Virus record (IMG/VR): IMGVR_UViG_3300035548_000644
Span: 1-25,581 of that record
DNA from: a virus
Lineage: Duplodnaviria; Caudoviricetes
DNA length: 25,581 bases
Direction: 5' to 3' (one strand)
Position numbers and translations under genes: made by a program. Positions 17,997 to 25,581 of this stretch are shown one piece after another; the stretch's first letter is position 1; every line of letters starts with the position of its first letter. Below the pieces are notes generated by a model. It was not told where the DNA came from. It ran no database searches and saw only the letters and a list, made by a program, of their open reading frames with translations.

Positions 17997-18388
17997 TGGT
18001 TCTGACGGTAAAAGAAACGGCAGATACTCTGGGAGTAAAACCAATGCATGTGTACTACTTGATCCGCATGTGTGTTATTGATGCATTCCGAGTACGAAGG
18101 AATTGGAAGATTCCGGTGGAATCACTGGAGGAGTATTGTGATAAGCGAGAAATTCAAGGAGGCATTGTCGGAGCACTATCTTGCGATCATGGACATGCAG
18201 GATGTTATGGATTGTCTCAGAATATCACGACGCGGAGCATACAGACTATTGGTCGAAGATCGGGAAATACCGTCATGGAAAGACGAGGACGGGAATTGGA
18301 ACGTGCTGCGAGACGATGTCATAGCGTACATCGAAGAAAACGGCAATGCATAGAGGAAGACGATAAAAAGCAGTTATGGCTTTTTTAA
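17993..18388 (+). CDS. Excisionase-like HTH protein with long C-terminal extension
   Basis: 'LTVKETADTLGV....VYYLIR...I.AFRV...WKIP..SLEEY' HTH_17 pattern. Confidence 0.8.
   Translation: MMVLTVKETADTLGVKPMHVYYLIRMCVIDAFRVRRNWKIPVESLEEYCDKREIQGGIVGALSCDHGHAGCYGLSQNITTRSIQTIGRRSGNTVMERRGRELERAARRCHSVHRRKRQCIEEDDKKQLWLF
18138..18353 (+). CDS. Second excisionase-like HTH protein, nested out of frame (71 aa)
   Basis: GTG 18138 after GGAGGAG; 'MDMQDVMDCLRISRRGAYRLL...IPSWK....WNVLRDDVIAYI'. Confidence 0.75.
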   Translation: MISEKFKEALSEHYLAIMDMQDVMDCLRISRRGAYRLLVEDREIPSWKDEDGNWNVLRDDVIAYIEENGNA

Positions 18389-18392
18389 CATG

Positions 18393-18425
18393 AGCCCGGC
18401 GAGAAATAAGATCGCCGGGCTTTTT
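18393..18425 (+). terminator. Intrinsic terminator ending early operon
   Basis: AGCCCGGCGA-9 nt-TCGCCGGGCT followed by T tract. Confidence 0.88.
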
Positions 18426-18430
18426 ATTGC

Positions 18431-18470
18431 GTGCCTCGATTTCAGTCTATCTACTTCCAATAGGTATAAT
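18431..18470 (+). promoter_or_regulatory. Putative late promoter for lysis/packaging operon
   Basis: GTGCCTCGATTTCAG (18431-18445), 19 nt, TATAAT (18465-18470); no canonical -35. Confidence 0.7.
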
Positions 18471-18506
18471 TAGAGCAGATTGATGATGATCCGATAAGGA
18501 GTTTTT

Positions 18507-18815
18507 ATGAACCTTACTAATCTGCTTTTGCCGAGTGTATTGCTTGCTGTAATACTCGTAGTTCTTTTTCTTGAGCTCATCAAAAAGGCTGATAAAACCA
18601 AAAAGCTGAAAGGCTTCTATGTGTACATTTCTGTACTAATTTCTGCTGCATTGGCCCTGGCATTAGGATATGGAGACTTCTTCCCCATTAAGCAAGTTCC
18701 GTTCTACTGGGCTGTAATATTCGCAATATCAACTTTTGGGTACGAAGGCATCTTGAAAAAGATACGAGTTTGGATAGGAAGCGGAACCAATGATGATGTT
18801 GAAAAAAATAGGTAG
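18507..18815 (+). CDS. Putative holin
   Basis: 102 aa, three hydrophobic segments, charged C-terminus; first late gene. Confidence 0.7.
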   Translation: MNLTNLLLPSVLLAVILVVLFLELIKKADKTKKLKGFYVYISVLISAALALALGYGDFFPIKQVPFYWAVIFAISTFGYEGILKKIRVWIGSGTNDDVEKNR

Positions 18816-19098
18816 ATGGATATGCAGCGCCGCTGGCTGGATTGCGTGCGGTGCCACTGCTTTGTTTTTTTGGCGTAAGACTACTGATCAAACAACGTTC
18901 GATAGCAGTTTTAACACCAATAAAATAGCGGAGAAAGCTGCAAAAGCCGAGGAGGAAGTGCGAAGTGAAATCAAAAAGAGTGATCCTGCTGAGCTTATTT
19001 CTGGTTCTGCTAATAGCGATGCCCATAATGAGCGAGTCACCGAAAAACAGCGAGCATTCAGAGAACGAGTTCGGATTAGATTTAAGCAGAAGCTATAG
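18790..19098 (+). CDS. Membrane-anchored protein, possible spanin component
   Basis: N-terminal hydrophobic segment plus helical charged domain; overlaps both neighbours. Confidence 0.5.
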   Translation: MMMLKKIGRWICSAAGWIACGATALFFWRKTTDQTTFDSSFNTNKIAEKAAKAEEEVRSEIKKSDPAELISGSANSDAHNERVTEKQRAFRERVRIRFKQKL

Positions 19099-19375
19099 CG
19101 GACAAGAGGTAAACGATCTCTTACAGATTATGACCGAAGAAGCTGATACAGCTATCCAAGAAGCATACGGAGAAGGATACAAAGCAGGTGTTCTCGAATA
19201 CAAGCCAGAATCGGCAGGGCAAAAAGCGATAAACCAAGAACTTGAAAGCGAATCGGCAAAAATGCAATCAAGGTTAGCGTCTAATGTCCCATGGTGGTAT
19301 GTCCCTGTATATTCAACGGGTAGTTTTGTCCTTGGTATCGTCACATCGGAAATCATCAACAAAATTAAGGATTAA
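18965..19375 (+). CDS. Exported protein with C-terminal hydrophobic segment, possible spanin component
   Basis: Signal peptide MKSKRVILLSLFLVLLIAMP, coiled coil, C-terminal anchor; 134-nt overlap with previous gene. Confidence 0.5.
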   Translation: MKSKRVILLSLFLVLLIAMPIMSESPKNSEHSENEFGLDLSRSYSGQEVNDLLQIMTEEADTAIQEAYGEGYKAGVLEYKPESAGQKAINQELESESAKMQSRLASNVPWWYVPVYSTGSFVLGIVTSEIINKIKD

Positions 19376-19378
19376 GAT

Positions 19379-19735
19379 ATGACCGGAGTTTCAGAGGCGG
19401 GTAGTATTTTACGGCTGGTTACAACGCTCGGTCCGGTATCGACCTTGATTATTGTTGGAGTATGCATGTTCTTTATTCTGCGCGAGCTCAAGAAACAGAC
19501 ATCTGATCTGCAGAAGGGTTTAGCAGAATCGAAAAAGCAATCAGACGAAGCTGACGCAAAAATAATGGATCAGATCAAAGAGCTCAATCAGAAGGTTGAC
19601 GCTATCAAGGATGATGCAGTCTTGAAGGAACAATACTATAGAGACTGGGGAGGATGGCGTACGGAATTTGACAACCTTAGATCTCTGATTATTGGTATTT
19701 ACAAGCAAGGGGCGAACAATGGGAATAAAGGCTAA
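19379..19735 (+). CDS. Membrane-anchored coiled-coil protein (Mu gp25-like position)
   Basis: One TM segment then coiled coil; synteny upstream of terminase genes. Confidence 0.6.
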   Translation: MTGVSEAGSILRLVTTLGPVSTLIIVGVCMFFILRELKKQTSDLQKGLAESKKQSDEADAKIMDQIKELNQKVDAIKDDAVLKEQYYRDWGGWRTEFDNLRSLIIGIYKQGANNGNKG

Positions 19736-20018
19736 TGTGCTACGGGGTATACTGCTAAGGCTTCTGAAAGAAGTATATCCGGACGGCCTTAACGAAATCG
19801 AGATAATCGGTATCGAATACCAGTACTACAAACCTGACGAGGTTCGTCCTGCATTGTCGTACCTAACTGATAAGGGCTATTTGTTACGATGTGAATCACC
19901 ACATCCCTACAAACAGCTCGAGAAAATTATTGGATACAAACTTCTCCCCCCTGGCATTGATTTACTTGAGGGAAACATAGACGCCGACCCAGGCATTACC
20001 TTAACCCCGGAGGTATAG
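19719..20018 (+). CDS. Winged-helix protein (Mu gp26-like)
   Basis: 'LRGILLRLL', 'LSYLTDKGYL', 'L.P.GIDLLEG....PGI' pattern; likely start ATG 19719. Confidence 0.75.
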   Translation: MGIKANVLRGILLRLLKEVYPDGLNEIEIIGIEYQYYKPDEVRPALSYLTDKGYLLRCESPHPYKQLEKIIGYKLLPPGIDLLEGNIDADPGITLTPEV

Positions 20019-20019
20019 T

Positions 20020-20559
20020 ATGGGCCGAAAAGGTAAACCTGAAGAATTGGGCCTAACGGAATTCATTATTGAAAAATGGGACGGCGGTAAAAATACGATT
20101 GTGTATGTAACCGAAGAAGTTGCCAAGAGAATAGAAGAGAAAGGGTGTCATATCACTATTAGCAGGGAGTCCGTCAGACGGGTAATCAAGTCTCATCAAG
20201 AAGAAATAGAAGATGCAAGGAAGGCTGTTGATGCTGCAAAGGCGATGGCCGAGGTACTTAAAGACTATCCTGCCACAGAAGCAAGCGAAGCGACTTTGAT
20301 GCAACTATCCCATCTCATAGCTCAGGATATTAGACAATTCGAGTCGATTGAGTTTGATAATCCTGTTGATGCAGTTAATGCTGCATCTAAGATAGCAAAT
20401 GCACAGCTGAAAATGTCGCAGTATCGTACAAAAGCGGTGGCTGCACTTGATAAAGCAAAGAAAGCCTTGAAAGATGAGATTCGAACAGCAATACAGTCAG
20501 ATCCTGAGTTGTTAAATCGCCTTATTGAAATCATAGACAAGGCAAAGGTTGCCGCATGA
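20020..20559 (+). CDS. Terminase small subunit (Mu gp27/DUF3486-like)
   Basis: 'MGRKGK', 'ISRESVRR' motifs; directly upstream of TerL. Confidence 0.8.
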   Translation: MGRKGKPEELGLTEFIIEKWDGGKNTIVYVTEEVAKRIEEKGCHITISRESVRRVIKSHQEEIEDARKAVDAAKAMAEVLKDYPATEASEATLMQLSHLIAQDIRQFESIEFDNPVDAVNAASKIANAQLKMSQYRTKAVAALDKAKKALKDEIRTAIQSDPELLNRLIEIIDKAKVAA

Positions 20560-22103
20560 ACAACCTGCTGTCCGATCTTGTCGGAAATGATAAAAGTGCT
20601 CTTGAGAAATCGGCCCGCGTAAAACGGGCGAATAATGATTTCGGCTTTTTTTGCCAGTATTATCTTTCCGATTATTTTTATACAGATTCGGCGGACTACC
20701 AAAAGATCCTTTATGATATTGCAGATACTCAGGCGCTTACAAAAACAACAGCACAGAAAATTAGGCCCTTTGTGAAAGAGAAATATCGGCATCTCCTTGT
20801 CCCAACCAGTAAAATAGCAGGAGCCATGTTCATTGAACCTCGTGAGCACGGAAAGACTGTAAGGTGGAGTTTTGCATATCCATTATGGAGAGCATTGACA
20901 GGAAAATCACGATATACACTTTTGATTGGAGCAAGTAGGGATGCTGCTAATGACAACCTTTCTAATATACGACTTGAGATAGAGGAAAATGAAAAGATAC
21001 TGAGTGACTATGGGGATCTCCGGGGAGATGTTTGGAAAAACAATCGCATTGAATTATCAAATGGCCGGTGTATTCAGTCGAAGGGGGCCGGTATGTCTAT
21101 GCGTGGTACCCGTTTCAGACAGTGGCGTCCCGATCTAATTATTCTTGATGATATCCTTAAAGATGAAGAAGCTGATTCGTATGTAGTCAGAAATAAAATA
21201 TATCGCTGGTTAAAACGGGTTGTTTTCAATTTAGGAAAAGGATCCATGATAATTTGGGTAAATACCATCTTCCATAACGACGACCCGATATCTCGACTTT
21301 GTAAAGAAGTTGAGGAGAAAACACTAAAACGTTGGATTGCAGTAAGGCTTTCGTGCTTCCTCCAAAATGGTGAACCATTGTGGCCTGAATATTGGAGAAA
21401 AGAGGATCTTGAAGAAAAGCGAGAGCAATTAGGCTTTTCCATATTCGCTACAGAATATAAAAACGAAGCTCTATCTGAAGAAGACCTGATTATCAAGCCG
21501 GAATGGATTGAAGCCTGGAAATATATACCCGCCGAACTTCCGGCAGCTGATGAACTTACTAATTATTTAGGAACAGATCCTGCGACAGGTGCCCATGATC
21601 ATACTGCTATGTGTCCTATTTCTGTGCATAAAAAGACCGGAATCATTTATGTTCGTCCTTGCTTTGCAAAGGCTTGTTCGGAAAGCGAGACAACAGAGCA
21701 AATGATCCTATTACACACGCTTTATCATTTTGCGCAGATAGGCTGGGAGGATGTCGTCTTCTCTGGAATCTATGGTAACTATGTACAAAAAACCGGAGTC
21801 GAAAGGCATATATATCTTCCAATAAAACTATTGAAAGTCGGGGGAATGTCAAAAGAGGCCCGAGTTAGATCTGTTTCTACGTTAATACAAAATGGCTTTA
21901 TTCGTTTTGCAGAGAAAGGAAATGAAGATATCATCAAGGAACTGACGGAATTCCCGAAGGGCGCTTTTGATGATCTGTGTGATGCCTTGGTACACGCAGT
22001 TAATGTTATTTCCAAGGGTGATAAACCTACAGTAGTTTCAAAAATCCCGACAAAAATAAGGACCACGGCAAAATCAATAATTGCAAGAACAAGAGGTTGT
22101 TAA
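20556..22103 (+). CDS. Terminase large subunit
   Basis: PREHGKT Walker A, RPDLIILDD Walker B, nuclease GTDPA and 'FPKGAFDDLCDA'. Confidence 0.95.
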   Translation: MNNLLSDLVGNDKSALEKSARVKRANNDFGFFCQYYLSDYFYTDSADYQKILYDIADTQALTKTTAQKIRPFVKEKYRHLLVPTSKIAGAMFIEPREHGKTVRWSFAYPLWRALTGKSRYTLLIGASRDAANDNLSNIRLEIEENEKILSDYGDLRGDVWKNNRIELSNGRCIQSKGAGMSMRGTRFRQWRPDLIILDDILKDEEADSYVVRNKIYRWLKRVVFNLGKGSMIIWVNTIFHNDDPISRLCKEVEEKTLKRWIAVRLSCFLQNGEPLWPEYWRKEDLEEKREQLGFSIFATEYKNEALSEEDLIIKPEWIEAWKYIPAELPAADELTNYLGTDPATGAHDHTAMCPISVHKKTGIIYVRPCFAKACSESETTEQMILLHTLYHFAQIGWEDVVFSGIYGNYVQKTGVERHIYLPIKLLKVGGMSKEARVRSVSTLIQNGFIRFAEKGNEDIIKELTEFPKGAFDDLCDALVHAVNVISKGDKPTVVSKIPTKIRTTAKSIIARTRGC

Positions 22104-25009
22104 TGATGCAGAAAAAGACTACCCAAAAGGAAATGACTACTCAGATAATTACCAGCAATATGCTCGGATCTTTCCTTGGGTATATGCCAAATCCTGATGA
22201 TATCATTTCAGGTACGCTTGAATCATATAAAACCTATCGACAAATGAGAACTGACCCCAGAATAAAGTCGTTGATTAATAAGCTCAAAACATCTGCTTTA
22301 AATTTTCCTATGTCGATCTCTCAGGGGAGTAGTTCAGATAAGATTTATGCATTTATCAAGAATGTAAAACTTTTTGAGAACATGTATAAAAAGCAAAAAA
22401 GAATGTTGACAGCATTAGACTATGGATTTTCTATCTCGGAAATAGTATGGAAAGACCCAGTAAAAAATGATGGAAAATGGATCCCGGAAAATATCATCAC
22501 AAGAAAGCCTGATTATTTCTATTTTGATTATAACTGGAACCTGTTTTACAATAATCTGGGACAAAGAGATGAACTGAATCATGAACATAAATGGTTAATT
22601 TATCAGCACGATCCTGATGATGAAAATCCTTATGGAACATCAGTTTTACGATGTGTATATTGGCCATGGATGTTTAAAAAGGCTGGCTATGAGTTTTGGC
22701 TCCAGGCAACGGAAAAGTTCAGTGTCGAATCGTTAGTTGCATTATTTGATGCAGAAGGCGACGAAGAAACTCTGCAAAAACGTGCTGGTATTATTGCTCG
22801 TATGCTGATGGGGATAGAATCCGGATCTTCAGCAGCAGTATCAAATATTAAAGAACTGAAAGAAATTGGTATGTCCGGAAAGTTGGAAGCCTTTGAATCT
22901 TTGGTTAAGTCCTGTGATGAGCAAATAAGTTATGGTTTAACAGGGCAGTCTATCGCTACAAACAGCACGGACGGAGGATCTCTTGCTCTTGGAGAGGTTC
23001 AGGTCGATCTGCTTTACGAAGACAGCAAGGGAATTATCCTCGAGCTGCAGGCAGTATTACAACATGTCATTGACTGGACAGTAGAATTGAACTATGGACC
23101 GAATGAAAAAGCTCCACAAGTTGTATTTAATACAGACAGGAAAGCAACATTCGACCAAGTAATAAAGGCTATCGAAAAAGGGGTATCGGTATCAAAATCA
23201 GCATTCTATTCTGATTACGGTATTACTCCGCCTGCGAATGAAGACGATGTTCTCGTAACTTCTTCAGAAGAAGATAAGCTATCTATTGTTGAACAAAACA
23301 GGAATCATGAAAATGACGAAAAAACAACAGAGAATATTCAGCAAACAGTATTAAACGGTGCACAGATTTCATCCTTGATTGACCTATCTACACAGGTTTC
23401 TCAAGGAACCCTGCCATTAGAGACCGCCAGGGCCATGGCCAAAGCATCATTTCCTGCAATAGAAGAGTCAGATATCGATACTATATTTAATTCCCTAAAA
23501 GGATTTAAGCCGGAAACTATAAAGGCTTCTGATGATAGCAAAAAAAAAAGCCCTGAAAGAAAGCCATCGTTTCACATTATTCGATTAAGCGAAAGTGAAG
23601 TAGCCGAGGAAAAAGCGAAATTCAGAGAGCTCGAAAGCTTTGAGAATATAGCAAAGAAGCAGCTTTCAAAACATATTTCATCGGTACTAAAACGGTTTTT
23701 GAATACTATTCCAGATACTCCGGAAAGGGTTGATATTAATAAATCCTATATTATAAATGTGAATAGTGATGCTGTTAAAAATGTCGAAACATTGATTGCA
23801 GGGGCAATACTTCTCGGTATAGACCATATCAGCACTAATAAGATTTCTGCAGCCGATGAAAGTAATGAGATTCCAAAGATCCCGTATAAAGACGCTATGG
23901 ATTTTCTCAGTACAAAGGTCCCGATAACAAAGGCTGAATGGCAAAAATTAGAACCAAAACTGCGTTTTAGGGCATTTACAGCAGTTCGTCTGACTGAACT
24001 CGATTATATCAATCAGGCAAAGAATATGCTTACGAAATCTATCGAAGATGGGACCGGATATAAAGAGACATACAATCAGATAAAAAGAGTATTGGAAAAA
24101 GACGGTATGCAACTCAAACCTGGATACTGGGAAAATGTATATAGAACCAATATTGAAAGTGCCTATAACGCCGGAAAAGTCATGGCCATTGAAAAAACAA
24201 AGCCTGATGCTATACAGCTTTTTATCGTAGATGATGAGAGGACTTCTGATATTTGCAGGCATCTTCTTTCAGAAGTTGGAACTGGAATCGTATTACCACG
24301 TAATCATGTTTTCTGGAAAAAATATGGTTTTCCACCATATCACTATCAATGCAGGACTAATATAAGGGCAATCTATCAATCTCAGATAAAGCATGGTATT
24401 TCTGTTGACAATCCTCCCATTACGGCATTTAGCAATTTTAAACCGATGAATGGCTTTGGCGGGAATCCAGTTGAAAAAGAAAGCTGGTGGAAATTGACTG
24501 ATGCCATGGCCATCAGATCGGCCGATATGGGAATCTTTAATGAGATTGAAGACTATGCAAAGAAAAACGGCTTAAAGAATTTCAGCATGAACCTTGTAAA
24601 GGGATCTGATTATAGACGACTTGAGGGAACAAAATATTCAGTACAGAAAGCCTCTTTATCGAAACCATTACAAAAAGAAATATCTGTCGCAAAAATCTTG
24701 GAAGAAAATAATCATAGCGTCTATTTCACTCCAGAAAATCAGTCAGTAAAGAACTATGACGCAATTGTCGATGGCCACACTGCTGAGTTCAAGATCATCA
24801 CCAGTAAAAACATTGAAAAAATAGTTGACAGGATACGAGATGCAAATAAGCAAACCGCTCAGATTGCAGTTATTCAAATACCAGCAGATTCGTATCCAAA
24901 GGATGATGCTATAGAAATTATCAAGCATACGATCAATGAAAAAACCATTGATTCTATACAGTATGTTTATTTGATTTTTAATGGTGGAGTCGAAGTGGTA
25001 AAAAAATAG
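22103..25009 (+). CDS. Portal (Mu gp29/DUF935) - MuF minor head protein - PD-(D/E)xK nuclease (CdiA-CT-like) fusion
   Basis: Portal motifs (ALDYGFS.SEIVW, NPYGTSVL, GSLALGEV); MuF motifs (RAFT, VYRTNI.SAYNAG, DDERTS.IC, PPYHYQCRT); C-terminal 'YDAIVDG...EFK...ANKQ'; likely start ATG 22103 overlapping TerL stop. Confidence 0.88.
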   Translation: MMQKKTTQKEMTTQIITSNMLGSFLGYMPNPDDIISGTLESYKTYRQMRTDPRIKSLINKLKTSALNFPMSISQGSSSDKIYAFIKNVKLFENMYKKQKRMLTALDYGFSISEIVWKDPVKNDGKWIPENIITRKPDYFYFDYNWNLFYNNLGQRDELNHEHKWLIYQHDPDDENPYGTSVLRCVYWPWMFKKAGYEFWLQATEKFSVESLVALFDAEGDEETLQKRAGIIARMLMGIESGSSAAVSNIKELKEIGMSGKLEAFESLVKSCDEQISYGLTGQSIATNSTDGGSLALGEVQVDLLYEDSKGIILELQAVLQHVIDWTVELNYGPNEKAPQVVFNTDRKATFDQVIKAIEKGVSVSKSAFYSDYGITPPANEDDVLVTSSEEDKLSIVEQNRNHENDEKTTENIQQTVLNGAQISSLIDLSTQVSQGTLPLETARAMAKASFPAIEESDIDTIFNSLKGFKPETIKASDDSKKKSPERKPSFHIIRLSESEVAEEKAKFRELESFENIAKKQLSKHISSVLKRFLNTIPDTPERVDINKSYIINVNSDAVKNVETLIAGAILLGIDHISTNKISAADESNEIPKIPYKDAMDFLSTKVPITKAEWQKLEPKLRFRAFTAVRLTELDYINQAKNMLTKSIEDGTGYKETYNQIKRVLEKDGMQLKPGYWENVYRTNIESAYNAGKVMAIEKTKPDAIQLFIVDDERTSDICRHLLSEVGTGIVLPRNHVFWKKYGFPPYHYQCRTNIRAIYQSQIKHGISVDNPPITAFSNFKPMNGFGGNPVEKESWWKLTDAMAIRSADMGIFNEIEDYAKKNGLKNFSMNLVKGSDYRRLEGTKYSVQKASLSKPLQKEISVAKILEENNHSVYFTPENQSVKNYDAIVDGHTAEFKIITSKNIEKIVDRIRDANKQTAQIAVIQIPADSYPKDDAIEIIKHTINEKTIDSIQYVYLIFNGGVEVVKK

Positions 25010-25070
25010 ACTTTCTTTATTGTGGTGGTCGATATGCATCGGCCATGCTCCACAACGCTGAAAGTCTTTA
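25000..25070 (-). ncRNA. Candidate ~70-nt hairpin small RNA convergent to the nuclease gene
   Basis: Three nested stems (25008-25067), U7 tract at 25006-25000, upstream minus-strand promoter. Confidence 0.5.
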
Positions 25071-25075
25071 TATAA

Positions 25076-25103
25076 AGCATACTACTTTTTGAACGGAAGT
25101 CAA
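25076..25103 (-). promoter_or_regulatory. Sigma70-like antisense promoter
   Basis: TTGACT (25103-25098), 16 nt, TATGCT (25081-25076). Confidence 0.55.
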
Positions 25104-25125
25104 GAGTTTAAGGGGAGGATTGAAT

Positions 25126-25581
25126 ATGTATTATCAAAACAGTGTCGGCATGCCGGAACGCATACAGGAATGGGGCTGCTATACTACGGTAATTTCTGCA
25201 GCGTCTGCCGGACGAACCAAAAAGGCAATTACACAAGAGCAGTTTGTCAATTCTGTCATAGAGGCTGAACGGCGTCGTTACCTTACCGAGGATCCGGACG
25301 AACCAGGAACATTTATGTATGTGTCAGCACCGGCAGAGATTTTTCGTCTTTTCGGCCTGAATGTTCGCTACCGCGGCAAAAAGGGTGTTGGTTACATATG
25401 TCGACCGAATGAGATCGAGATACTCCTCTGGCGCAGATTTGACCAAGGAAAAGGGAAATTTATCTATCACTTTACTCTTGGAAACGGACAAGGAAAGACC
25501 ATCTATGATCCTTGGGCACCGTATAGCCTTACCGCCAGTGATGGAGAGCTTCGTTCAAAACGAGTTTTTCTTATTATCTGA
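25126..25581 (+). CDS. DUF261-like / C39-like cysteine peptidase, candidate endolysin
   Basis: 'Q...IQEWGCY' Cys, 'YHF' His, 'IYDP' Asp arrangement; GGGGAGG RBS favours ATG 25126. Confidence 0.65.
   Translation: MYYQNSVGMPERIQEWGCYTTVISAASAGRTKKAITQEQFVNSVIEAERRRYLTEDPDEPGTFMYVSAPAEIFRLFGLNVRYRGKKGVGYICRPNEIEILLWRRFDQGKGKFIYHFTLGNGQGKTIYDPWAPYSLTASDGELRSKRVFLII

Larger units (their letters stand above)
1..25581. mobile_element. Mu-like transposable prophage, internal segment (ends not in window)
   Basis: MuA DDE transposase, MuB ATPase, Gam, GemA, Mu-type terminase, portal, MuF, protease, capsid and tail genes fill the window. Confidence 0.96.

Noticed and set aside
12922-25039. Minus-strand ORFs over the right arm (e.g. 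13502..13933, 20322..20849, 24743..25039)
   Set aside because: Antisense shadows with no recognisable motifs; 24743..25039 lies downstream of the antisense promoter but has no SD and crosses the predicted U7 terminator
25120-25581. Immunity protein for the MuF nuclease
   Set aside because: Has a Cys-His-Asp peptidase-like pattern and is separated by 110 nt with an opposing promoter; disfavoured but not formally excluded
1-25581. CRISPR array, DGR, invertible G-segment, Mu att ends
   Set aside because: No repeat-spacer array, reverse transcriptase, invertase or terminal MuA-site arrays were seen in this window

Overview
The whole window is the central part of a Mu-like (transposable) prophage, probably from a spirochete (inferred from a spirochete-type lipobox and a DUF261-like protein). 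Neither prophage end is visible. The layout is divergent. The left arm (minus strand, 1-9861) encodes protease/scaffold, an Ig-domain decoration protein, major capsid, neck, tail tube, frameshifted tail chaperones, tape measure and a tail-tip gene; no sheath gene is present, so the tail looks non-contractile. The centre holds a lipoprotein moron, an S24-type CI repressor and operator arrays. The right arm (plus strand) has a 138-nt tRNA-like element, Ner-like HTH, MuA, MuB, Gam, GemA, two overlapping HTH genes, lysis genes, terminase, a 970-aa portal-MuF-nuclease fusion and a C39-like peptidase. Most notable: (1) the portal-MuF-CdiA-like nuclease triple fusion has an A10 slippage tract at the junction and no evident immunity ORF, but is followed by a convergent promoter that would make a ~70-nt self-contained hairpin RNA (candidate RNA antitoxin); (2) a tRNA-Leu-like RNA whose anticodon arm is replaced by a large insert; (3) a shared late-promoter motif GTGCCYSRATTKSAG at three sites, each just after a terminator. 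Family assignments come from motif recognition and synteny, not database searches.
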